From the NCBI GenBank assembly GCA_964404855.1, contig CAYOLO010000002.1, positions 67,494 through 131,493 of the forward strand: a stretch of DNA of 64,000 bases. The letters run 5' to 3'. Source of the stretch: an uncultured Gammaproteobacteria bacterium (GTDB lineage Bacteria > Patescibacteriota > Microgenomatia > CAYQLK01). The stretch's first letter is position 1, and the number at the start of each line of letters is the position of its first letter. Below are positions 55,815 through 64,000 of this stretch, piece after piece. The position numbers and the translations under genes were made by a program. The notes below the pieces were generated by a model, which searched no databases, was not told where the DNA came from, and saw nothing but the letters and a program-made list of their open reading frames with translations.

Positions 55815-57447
55815 CTGTTTTAGCTAAATCGATTAATACCAGCTGCAAACTACTTCTGCCATTAAACTCGTTGAGGTTTAGACTGAATATTATATCAATA
55901 TAGTCACCATATCTAATTGACGAACTTTTTTCTGCTAGGCGAAACCCGATACATGAAATGTTTTCTAAATCAATTTTAATATGCGACTGGTCTGATCCAA
56001 CTTTTGAAATTCGCTTAACCAATTGATTTTTTAACAAAAAAACTGGCTCTAAGTTACTGTTTCCAAATGGGCGGAGTTTTTGAATCTGATTATATAAATC
56101 CAAATTGACGTGATGAGGTGAAAGCTCTGCTTCAACAACAATCTCTTTATAAAATTTTTGATTTTCATATTTTTTTTCAAAATATTCATAAATTGATTTT
56201 TTAAGTTTGGCGATATTTTCAGTCTTGACAGTAAATCCCGCAGCCATTGTATGGCCCCCAACATCTTCGAGTAAATCCTGTGACGACGTGCGGAGCAACT
56301 CTGTGATATCGACACCGGCAACGGATCTAGCAGAACCTTTGGAAAAAAGTTTACCTCTGGAAATTATAATTGTTGGCTTATTAAATTTATCATTTATCCT
56401 TCCTGCAATTAAACCAATTATTCCTTCATGCCAATCTGGAGAATCTAGAATAATAATTTTTTTATTTTCATCAACTAGTTTGAATGCGTCGGCAACTCCA
56501 GTCATTGTAAGATTTTGTCTTTTAATGTTTGTTTCCTCTAAAATTTTTGATAGCTCCTTGGCTTTTTGAGGACTATTAGTACAGTAGAGTCTTAGTGACT
56601 GTATCGCATTATCAAGCCTCCCCATTGCGTTAATTCTTGGAGCAATAATATGACCCAGATGATACTCGTCCATTTTGGACTTTTGAATTGAAGCCACACT
56701 ATATAATTCGACGAGGCCTGGCCTTTTTGTTGTTCGAAGATATTCAAGCCCATGCTTAACAATCGCCCGATTATGAGAGGTGAGTGGCATCTGATCAGCA
56801 ATGGTAGCAATCGAGGCAATTGAAAGTTTTTCGTAAATATTTTCCAATGGTAGTTTAAAATGCTTGTGCAACTCATAAGATAACTTCCAAGAAACAGCAG
56901 CCCCACAAATTAATGTTGTGTGAATAAGTGAATAAGGACTTGGTGATTTGTCTGGAATAATATGATGGTCGGTCAAAATAACGTCAATCCCAAGAGATTT
57001 GGCATATTCTATTTCTTCAACTGCGGTTACTCCATGATCAACGGAAATAATTAAACTGACTCCAGTGTCTGAAACAGACTTTATTCCTACTTTTGAAAAT
57101 CCATAACCTTCCTTAATTCTGTCAGGTATATATGGCATTACATCTGCACCCAGACTTTTAAGCGTTTCCCAAAGAATCGCTGCAGCTGAAATACCGTCAG
57201 CATCATAATCTGAATAAACTGAGATTTTTTCTTTATTTTTTATGGCTTTTTCGATTCTTGAAATAGATTTTTTCATATCCTCAAAAACCATTTCAGTGAT
57301 TCCATTTAAACTTGGTGAAAGAAAATCCTCTATATCTTCGGTTGTAATTATGTTTCTGTTTTGAAGCAAAATATCAAACAAGTCTGGTAAGGTAAGATTA
57401 AGCGATGACTTTTTTGTTTGTATTTTCCAAATTGTATCTTGAGACAT
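55789..57447 (-). CDS. recJ: ssDNA exonuclease RecJ
   Basis: DYDADG, TDHH, IAD, PRINAMGR, GSARS, GGH..AAG, PFG..N; probable ATG at 57447. Confidence 0.95.
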   Translation of the reverse strand: MSQDTIWKIQTKKSSLNLTLPDLFDILLQNRNIITTEDIEDFLSPSLNGITEMVFEDMKKSISRIEKAIKNKEKISVYSDYDADGISAAAILWETLKSLGADVMPYIPDRIKEGYGFSKVGIKSVSDTGVSLIISVDHGVTAVEEIEYAKSLGIDVILTDHHIIPDKSPSPYSLIHTTLICGAAVSWKLSYELHKHFKLPLENIYEKLSIASIATIADQMPLTSHNRAIVKHGLEYLRTTKRPGLVELYSVASIQKSKMDEYHLGHIIAPRINAMGRLDNAIQSLRLYCTNSPQKAKELSKILEETNIKRQNLTMTGVADAFKLVDENKKIIILDSPDWHEGIIGLIAGRINDKFNKPTIIISRGKLFSKGSARSVAGVDITELLRTSSQDLLEDVGGHTMAAGFTVKTENIAKLKKSIYEYFEKKYENQKFYKEIVVEAELSPHHVNLDLYNQIQKLRPFGNSNLEPVFLLKNQLVKRISKVGSDQSHIKIDLENISCIGFRLAEKSSSIRYGDYIDIIFSLNLNEFNGRSSLQLVLIDLAKTGDKNIQRA

Positions 57448-57515
57448 ATTAAAAAGTGTTTGATTATTTAAGCTAAAATAGACAGAATTAACAATATACT
57501 CTTTTTGATACAAAT

Positions 57516-58880
57516 ATGAATTTTAATGATATTCCAAATGACGTGATTTCAATCTTAGATGTTTTTGAAAAAAACAAATTTGAAATTGCGATTGTTGGAG
57601 GAGCGGTGAGAAACTTAATAATCGATCACAAGGTCAAAGACTGGGACTTTGCGACCAATGCCACACCTGAACAAATATTAGAAATGTTTGAAGGATTTTA
57701 TGACAATACGTTTGGCACAGTAAGAGTCAAGACTAATGATAATTTCTATGAAATTACAACTTACCGAAGTGAGTTGGGATTTTCTGACAGCAGACGACCA
57801 GATAAAGTTGTGTGGGGCAAGTCGTTAGCCGATGACTTATCGAGAAGAGATTTTACGGTTAATGCGATGGCAATTCTAAGAAAAAATGACAAGTTTGAAC
57901 TAGTCGATCCGTTTAATGGCAAGGACGATTTGGATCATAAAATAATCCGTTCTGTAGGAAATGCTAACGACAGGTTTATAGAAGACGGACTAAGAGTAAT
58001 TAGGGCAATAAGATTTGCGATTCAGTTAAACTTCAAAATTGAAGAGGAAACTTTTCATGCACTTACCGAACAAAGGTTTATTTTGTTAAAAATCGCAAAC
58101 GAAAGAATTAGAGATGAATTTTTAAAAATAGCATTGAGTTGTGATTCTTATGAACATTTTATGCTTTTGTGGGACTCAAAAGTTATTGAAATAATTCTTC
58201 CCGAACTTGCCAAATGTTTCGGTGTCGAGCAAAAAAGTCCAAACAGACACCATAATTATGATGTATGGAAACATAATGTAATGTCTATGATAATGTGCCC
58301 ATCTAACGACTGTGTTGTTAAATTTGCAGCACTAATTCACGATATTGGTAAACCATTAGTTGCAGATATCACCGAAGAAGGAGTAAGAACTTTTTATAAT
58401 CACGATATTGTTGGGGGGCAAATAGCTAAACAAATTTGTGCTAGATGGAATATGTCAAAAATTGATACCACTAGAATATACAAATTAGTTAGATGGCATT
58501 TATTTTCGGTCAACGAATTCCAAACCGATAAAGCGATTCGTCGATTTATTAGAAATATTGGTGAGGAAAATATTCAAGATATTATTGATGTAAGAACTGG
58601 CGATCGATTAGGTAGTGGCTCAACTAGAGAAAGCTGGCGTCTGAGGAAGTTCCGCGAAAGGCTGGTCGAAGTAAATAAAACAAATTTTGAAATCAAAGAT
58701 CTTAAGATAAATGGTGTTGATGTTATGAAAATTTTTGATATTAAACCTGGACCAAATATCAGAAAAGTACTTGAATCAGTTTTTGAAAAAGTAGACTCAG
58801 ATGAACTAAAAAACGAAAGAGATGTGTTACTTAGTTATCTTAACGAACTAAGATCGTCTAATTTTTTGAAACAAAATTAA
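57516..58880 (+). CDS. cca: CCA-adding tRNA nucleotidyltransferase with HD domain
   Basis: VGGAVR...DWDFAT, DLSRRDFTVNAMA, EDGLR..R, HDIGKP. Confidence 0.92.
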   Translation: MNFNDIPNDVISILDVFEKNKFEIAIVGGAVRNLIIDHKVKDWDFATNATPEQILEMFEGFYDNTFGTVRVKTNDNFYEITTYRSELGFSDSRRPDKVVWGKSLADDLSRRDFTVNAMAILRKNDKFELVDPFNGKDDLDHKIIRSVGNANDRFIEDGLRVIRAIRFAIQLNFKIEEETFHALTEQRFILLKIANERIRDEFLKIALSCDSYEHFMLLWDSKVIEIILPELAKCFGVEQKSPNRHHNYDVWKHNVMSMIMCPSNDCVVKFAALIHDIGKPLVADITEEGVRTFYNHDIVGGQIAKQICARWNMSKIDTTRIYKLVRWHLFSVNEFQTDKAIRRFIRNIGEENIQDIIDVRTGDRLGSGSTRESWRLRKFRERLVEVNKTNFEIKDLKINGVDVMKIFDIKPGPNIRKVLESVFEKVDSDELKNERDVLLSYLNELRSSNFLKQN

Positions 58881-59729
58881 TATTGGGGTTGCAACAAAAA
58901 TTGAAGAGTAAGTACCGCAAATTACACCAATTAATAGAGTAACAACAAACCACCTAATCGATTCACCGCCAAATATTGTCAATGCCACTAACACGAAAAT
59001 AACCGTGAGTGATGTATTAAGTGATCGTACTATTGTCTGCAAAACGGAGTTGTCTAAATTTTTAATAAAGTTTTTCTCTGGGTGACGGATTAAATTTTCC
59101 CTAGCCCTGTCAAAAGTAACAATAGTGTCGTGAACGGAAAACCCAAAAATCGTAAGAATAGCTGTGATAAATAATGTATCTACTTCTGCGCCGAAATATT
59201 TGCCTAATACCGCATAGATACCAATTGTAATTACCACATCATGAAATAATGCTAAAACAGCAGAAAGTCCGAAAGCTAATGGGGTAGTAGGTTTAGGTAC
59301 TTTTCTAAAAGCCCAGGTAATATAAATAATAATTGCTAAAAGTGCTAAACCCATAGAAACAAATGCTTGTTTGGTTATTTCTTCCGATACACTTGGTCCA
59401 ATGATTTCTAGATTGAGTTCTTTGGGGTTGAATGACTCAAGTTCTTTGTTAAGATTTTTGAGGTTTTCAGCTGTGGTTGGTTTAAAACGAATTTGGTATG
59501 ATTTTTCTCCACTTTGTTGAATGCTTACTAATTCGTTTTGTGTCTTAGAAGATGCATCTTCAACAAGTTTTCTGTCAGGTAGATTTTCAAACTCAAGTTC
59601 GTATTTAGTTCCCCCAGTGAAATCAATACCGAGTTTAAGCCTGAAAACTACAATCGATATAATCGAGGCGATAAAAATTACGATTGAAATTATAAAAAAT
59701 ATATTTCTGACTCTATCAAAACGGTTCAT
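58848..59729 (-). CDS. secF: Protein translocase subunit SecF
   Basis: LGIDFTGG, HDV, GFSVHDTIV.FDR.RE, RSLNTS, GTYSSIF. Confidence 0.95.
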   Translation of the reverse strand: MNRFDRVRNIFFIISIVIFIASIISIVVFRLKLGIDFTGGTKYELEFENLPDRKLVEDASSKTQNELVSIQQSGEKSYQIRFKPTTAENLKNLNKELESFNPKELNLEIIGPSVSEEITKQAFVSMGLALLAIIIYITWAFRKVPKPTTPLAFGLSAVLALFHDVVITIGIYAVLGKYFGAEVDTLFITAILTIFGFSVHDTIVTFDRARENLIRHPEKNFIKNLDNSVLQTIVRSLNTSLTVIFVLVALTIFGGESIRWFVVTLLIGVICGTYSSIFVATPILILFQKIRRS

Positions 59730-59732
59730 AAA

Positions 59733-60038
59733 TTATTTTGCTGATAATACATCTTCTAATATTTCATCTTCTATCTTGATCGTAATCTCCTCTAACTTAA
59801 TTTCAAATTTGGCAATTCTTGAGTTGAGAAAGTTTTTTGTTTTTTTATCATCATCTTCGGAAATTAAAAGTAAAAGTTTCTTTTTATCCTCCTCTGGGAG
59901 TAATTGAAGCAAGTTATCGAGTAGTTTGGTTTGGTAGAGATTGGCAATAAGTGGCCAAACCTTGTTTGACTGACTTTCGCTTAGACTATCGAGGTTTAAT
60001 TTTTTTAATAATGATTTTTTCTTTACGCTTACTAACAT
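59733..60038 (-). CDS. Small helical hypothetical protein
   Basis: Co-oriented and tightly packed between secD and secF. Confidence 0.65.
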   Translation of the reverse strand: MLVSVKKKSLLKKLNLDSLSESQSNKVWPLIANLYQTKLLDNLLQLLPEEDKKKLLLLISEDDDKKTKNFLNSRIAKFEIKLEEITIKIEDEILEDVLSAK

Positions 60039-60048
60039 AGCTTTGTTT

Positions 60049-61026
60049 TTAATAATTTATATTAACAGGTCCAAGAGGAATTTTATTCTCTGGATCGTCG
60101 ACAAAAAATAACAAAATTTCTCCCTTTGCTGGCTTATCCCAGGCTCTCATATATTGCATAATTTCCGGAGAACCTCCGTAGGCTTTACCAACCCATTCAG
60201 CGGGTCCCGCATCACCAATGACACCAACCACTGCCTTACCGTTTACAGGGTTAAGTGCGACGACCTTGCGATGTTTAAACCATTTATAGGCTTCTTTAAC
60301 ATTGCCTTTCCAATTGGGTGATAGAAATGTTTGGACAGCAAAGTAATATTTTTCTTTTTCAGTTAAATCAGGCGTCAAGGCTTGTTTGGTCGGCGCAAAA
60401 TATCCCCACGCGCTACGACCTGGCGTCATTCCTGATTTGGCGTACTTTGCAAAATCTTCTGGATTTTGAAGTTGATCAGAAACTGTATCACCTGGATATC
60501 TTGGCATGTGCTGTTCCCCACCAATTTTTCCAAAACTCTTATTTAATCTAAATCCTTCAAGCTCTGGGGTTGCTTTAGTGCCTGTGATTTGTGATACAAA
60601 ACCAGAAAGTTCTTGTGCTTGTTCGTTTGAAACGTTAGGACCTGCTTGTAATGATTGTTGAATACTGGCCAATAATTGAGCATTACTAACTACTAGTGTT
60701 TCTTTGGCTTGAGCTTGTGCAACTTGAGTCGATGGATAATTTTGAATCGCACTAGCAGCAGATGGGACTGCCGGCAACATCGAAGATGTCAGCATCGCCG
60801 CTGATAAAACCGGAACGGTCACAAAGTGAACTAGTTTTGGAAATAAATTCTCTACAGGTATACCAACACTTGCAGCCCAACTAAGTACGGCTTGGTGTTT
60901 TTCACTTAAAGCACTAAGCGCTTTCTGTTGACTGGATTCTAAAACATTAAACAGTTTCTCAAAAAAATCTGGAGCAATTTCGGATTTAGTGTTTTTGGGT
61001 GCGTGATTTTCGGCAGAATTTTCCAT
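60049..61026 (-). CDS. Hypothetical protein with a possible RlpA-like double-psi beta-barrel
   Basis: Internal hydrophobic segment; VVALNPVNGKAVVGVIGDAGP. Confidence 0.6.
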   Translation of the reverse strand: MENSAENHAPKNTKSEIAPDFFEKLFNVLESSQQKALSALSEKHQAVLSWAASVGIPVENLFPKLVHFVTVPVLSAAMLTSSMLPAVPSAASAIQNYPSTQVAQAQAKETLVVSNAQLLASIQQSLQAGPNVSNEQAQELSGFVSQITGTKATPELEGFRLNKSFGKIGGEQHMPRYPGDTVSDQLQNPEDFAKYAKSGMTPGRSAWGYFAPTKQALTPDLTEKEKYYFAVQTFLSPNWKGNVKEAYKWFKHRKVVALNPVNGKAVVGVIGDAGPAEWVGKAYGGSPEIMQYMRAWDKPAKGEILLFFVDDPENKIPLGPVNINY

Positions 61027-61028
61027 AT

Positions 61029-62435
61029 TTATTTATAAAAAATCTTAAGTAGTCTTCGACTAAAAGTTATAGCTGAAAACATTGATATTAGTACACCAAT
61101 GGCAAGTGTAATCGCAAAACCTTTAACAATTGAAGATCCAAAATAAAACAGGATGGCGGCTGTAATTAACGACGAAACATTCGAGTCACGAATCGAACTC
61201 CAAGCCCTATCGAACCCAAGATTGACCGCAACTCTTGTATCTCTGCCTCTTTTTTTCTCTTCTTTAATTCGTTCAAAGATTAAAATATTAGCATCAACGG
61301 CCATGCCAATTGATAAAACAAAACCTGCAATACCTGCGAGCGTTAAGGTAACAGGAACAAACTTAAAGATTGCGAAAGTTAGCAGAGTGTAAAAAATCAG
61401 AGCTACTGACGCTACTACCCCCAACCATCTGTAGTAGATGATCATGAAAATAATGACAGAAATTAATCCAACTATGGTTGCAATTAGACTTTTCTGCAGA
61501 GATTCACTACCTAGACTTGGCCCAACATTTGTTTGTTTGATTACTTCAATTGGTGCTGGTAATGCTCCACCATTTAATAGATTGGCTAAATTCTTTGCAC
61601 CTTGTGCGTCAAAATCTCCACTAATTTGTGCTGTTCCACCTGAAATTTTTTGCTGAACAGTCGGCTGTGTAATTAATTGTTCATCTAGAAATACGGCAAT
61701 TGGCTGACCAATATTGCGAGAGGTAATATCCTCAAACTTTTTTCCACCCTCACTAGTAAACTCGAGCGTGATTACATAGCTACCTGACGATGAAATACTA
61801 TTAGAAGTTCCAGACGCGGGAGTCGCAGTTGCCCTCTTAAGATCGTTCCCTGTTAGTTCTGTATCTTTGTATATTTCCTCTTCTTTGGTAAGTGATGCGG
61901 ACGCGCTAGCATCTCGTGCTTTCTCTGTTAACTCTTTATATTTTAGCTGGGCGGTTGTACCAATCAGACTTAAAGCTTGATTGACATCGCTAACACCAGC
62001 TAACTGAACATTAATCCGATAATCTTCACCAACCTTGGAGGTTTGAATAACCGGCTCAGACACGCCTAACCCATTTACTCGCCTTTCGATTATATCTCTG
62101 GCTGATTGCAAGGCTGCGTCTCTATCGGTAGATGGAATATTATCCATTTTGAGTCTTAGTGTGATATCTGCTCCACCCTGCAAGTCTAGACCGAGTTTAG
62201 GTTCAAGGTCGCGTTCAAAATTGATTCCTAACTTATTTAAATTGATTGTAGGATGAACGACAAAAACATCAATATTTTTGTTAAAAATATTAAACTTTAC
62301 CGGTGTACGTGGAATATCAATTGCAACTACTAAAACAAAGAATCCGAGTAAGAATAAAACACCAGTATGCCTAAGAACGAACTTAAGCGGTAAAAACAGA
62401 ACTCTTCTTGGTTTTGAGCCTTTGCGAAACAACAT
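61029..62435 (-). CDS. secD: Protein translocase subunit SecD
   Basis: LGLDLQGG, RRVNGLGVSEP, GALP, VGPSLG, GMAVDANILIFERIKEE. Confidence 0.96.
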   Translation of the reverse strand: MLFRKGSKPRRVLFLPLKFVLRHTGVLFLLGFFVLVVAIDIPRTPVKFNIFNKNIDVFVVHPTINLNKLGINFERDLEPKLGLDLQGGADITLRLKMDNIPSTDRDAALQSARDIIERRVNGLGVSEPVIQTSKVGEDYRINVQLAGVSDVNQALSLIGTTAQLKYKELTEKARDASASASLTKEEEIYKDTELTGNDLKRATATPASGTSNSISSSGSYVITLEFTSEGGKKFEDITSRNIGQPIAVFLDEQLITQPTVQQKISGGTAQISGDFDAQGAKNLANLLNGGALPAPIEVIKQTNVGPSLGSESLQKSLIATIVGLISVIIFMIIYYRWLGVVASVALIFYTLLTFAIFKFVPVTLTLAGIAGFVLSIGMAVDANILIFERIKEEKKRGRDTRVAVNLGFDRAWSSIRDSNVSSLITAAILFYFGSSIVKGFAITLAIGVLISMFSAITFSRRLLKIFYK

Positions 62436-62441
62436 ATATCT

Positions 62442-63038
62442 CTAGGATACAACAGCTGCCTTAGCTCGCAAAAGGTCTTCTTCGTCCCCGATCAACATAA
62501 TTCTCGGAGATCTCAGCACTTCTTCAATGAATGGGTCGGTTCTGTTTTTTCTGAAAATAAATTCTTCCTCAGTCATAGGCGTAAAATTAATTTCTCTATC
62601 AATTCTAATTTCTTCGTCACGAACAATCTTAGCTAAATCTGCTAAAGCAACATCTCCTATAACAAGTAAATCAATTTTGTCTGGATTGTATGGTTTGCCT
62701 TTTGCAAATGACAAAGAAAGGGTTGCGAATTTTATTTTACCGAGTTTGGATTTGTTTTTAACAATTTTCCCGCCCAAACCGGATGTTTTGTACACCATAG
62801 AAAGCAAGTCCTGATATAAAATATTATCTGACCTAAAAAAATAGACTAGACGATTTGCCCGTCTTTCTGAAGTTAAGAAGCCAGACTCTTCAAGGTGGGA
62901 TAATTCTCTTCTGACCGCATTGATTTCTTCACTGGTTCGTCTGGTGATTTCGCGAACATGAAAAACTTCGTTTGGATTGGTAAGTAGTAGTTCAAGTATT
63001 TTTACTCTAACTTTGGAAACAATGAGATATTTAAGCAT
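62442..63038 (-). CDS. Winged-HTH protein with a degenerate nucleotidyltransferase-like C-terminal domain
   Basis: SKVRVKIL...HVREITR...AVRREL; IDLLVIGD...REIN. Confidence 0.75.
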   Translation of the reverse strand: MLKYLIVSKVRVKILELLLTNPNEVFHVREITRRTSEEINAVRRELSHLEESGFLTSERRANRLVYFFRSDNILYQDLLSMVYKTSGLGGKIVKNKSKLGKIKFATLSLSFAKGKPYNPDKIDLLVIGDVALADLAKIVRDEEIRIDREINFTPMTEEEFIFRKNRTDPFIEEVLRSPRIMLIGDEEDLLRAKAAVVS

Positions 63039-63116
63039 CTTTAGTGTAGATAGGCGAAATTGTACAACTATTTTACCCTAAATTATTAAGGGATTAAATA
63101 TTCAAGTATCTGCAAC

Positions 63117-64000
63117 TTAATTGTAAGTTACGTCCTGCTCAGAAAATGTAGGCACAGTCTGAATCCAAATTTGCCCACGGTTTAACTCAACCTCTTTACC
63201 TGTTTTAGCGTCAGTAAAGATTGAGCGATCTAGTCTTGTTTTTTTGTTCCATTTTATAGCAGTTGCGATTCCGTCTTGAAACAATAGTCCAGTTCCCACC
63301 CCTTTGTTGTCATAGAGTAAGTGCTGACCTGCATCATACCCATCATCAGCAACAGACTCTTCTTGAAATTGAACAATAACTACTTTTGGAGATACAGTTA
63401 AACTGTTTGTTGTGTCTGTGAAAGCACCTGTACTTGTATGACTTCTATCGTAGGTGTTAGTAGTTGGATTATATGTCCAATTGACTCCATAGTCGGCAAT
63501 AGATTGTGTCCAAAATGGTACAAATATTTTACTGGCTGTAGCAGACGCAGAAACAGAATCATCTTTGAATTTCCAAGGAACAAAACTCGCATCCCATTTT
63601 TCTCCATCAACCTCAGAGCCCCAATCACGGTCTTGACCAGCCTTCCAAAGTTTTTCTGTTGTAGTATGCACATTGTGTGGTGCGACACGGTCTGCACCCC
63701 TCCAGTAAGTTGGGAACCCTAAGCCGAATTGATCCATATCTCTAATTCCATAATCGATTATTTGCCCGAGAGCGTTGGCTGGACCAGGCGTATTAGCTCC
63801 ACCTACATGAGCATAGAGGGCACCATTGTATTCAGAAAGCCAATCAAGAAAATATGTTCTCGCAGATCTGACAGGGTGGATGTCACCGGCATCTTGACAC
63901 AAAAACATTGCCATAAAACGAGTTATTCCACCTTCTGCAACTGCTTCGTAGACAACGTCGGCGTGAGTTAAGCCACCTTGAGGTCTAGCGTCAGTTGAGT
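63117..64000 (-). CDS. DUF3048 family protein (5' end outside the window)
   Basis: Open frame to the window edge: ARPQGGL..ADVVYEAVAEGGITRFMA, PVRSAR, APHN, GQIWI. Confidence 0.85.
   Translation of the reverse strand, partial: STDARPQGGLTHADVVYEAVAEGGITRFMAMFLCQDAGDIHPVRSARTYFLDWLSEYNGALYAHVGGANTPGPANALGQIIDYGIRDMDQFGLGFPTYWRGADRVAPHNVHTTTEKLWKAGQDRDWGSEVDGEKWDASFVPWKFKDDSVSASATASKIFVPFWTQSIADYGVNWTYNPTTNTYDRSHTSTGAFTDTTNSLTVSPKVVIVQFQEESVADDGYDAGQHLLYDNKGVGTGLLFQDGIATAIKWNKKTRLDRSIFTDAKTGKEVELNRGQIWIQTVPTFSEQDVTYN

Noticed and set aside
62442-63038. MNT-HEPN toxin-antitoxin system
   Set aside because: The nucleotidyltransferase motif is degenerate (no GS) and there is no adjacent HEPN gene

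Overview
An AT-rich, densely coding bacterial chromosome segment. Gene content (short GluRS, archaeal-type AspRS, VirD4/HerA-like ATPase, DUF3048, pilin, many small membrane orphans) suggests Patescibacteria/CPR, probably Microgenomates; this is inferred, not proven. It is mostly housekeeping: secA (partial), serS, lysS, greA, tRNA-Glu, hppA, lon, lgt, class I aldolase, nrdR-nrdJ, tag, tRNA-Gln, dus, gltX, aspS, rel, recJ, cca, secD/secF. The standout is a compact minus-strand RiPP (azole/azoline peptide) locus at 31768-36052. It has two paralogous Ser/Cys/Thr-rich precursors, one a 47-aa ORF at 35585-35728 that is missing from the ORF track. These are followed by a stand-alone YcaO, a SagB-type dehydrogenase and an abutting ABC-F ATPase that could give ribosome-protection self-immunity. 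Other notable items: tRNA-Gln preceded by two hairpin-forming copies of its own 5' end and followed by a copy of its 3' end, a tandem structured repeat at about 18.7-19.0 kb, several GC-rich single-gene cassettes, a greA leader terminator, a CIRCE-like site before lon and tandem NrdR boxes.
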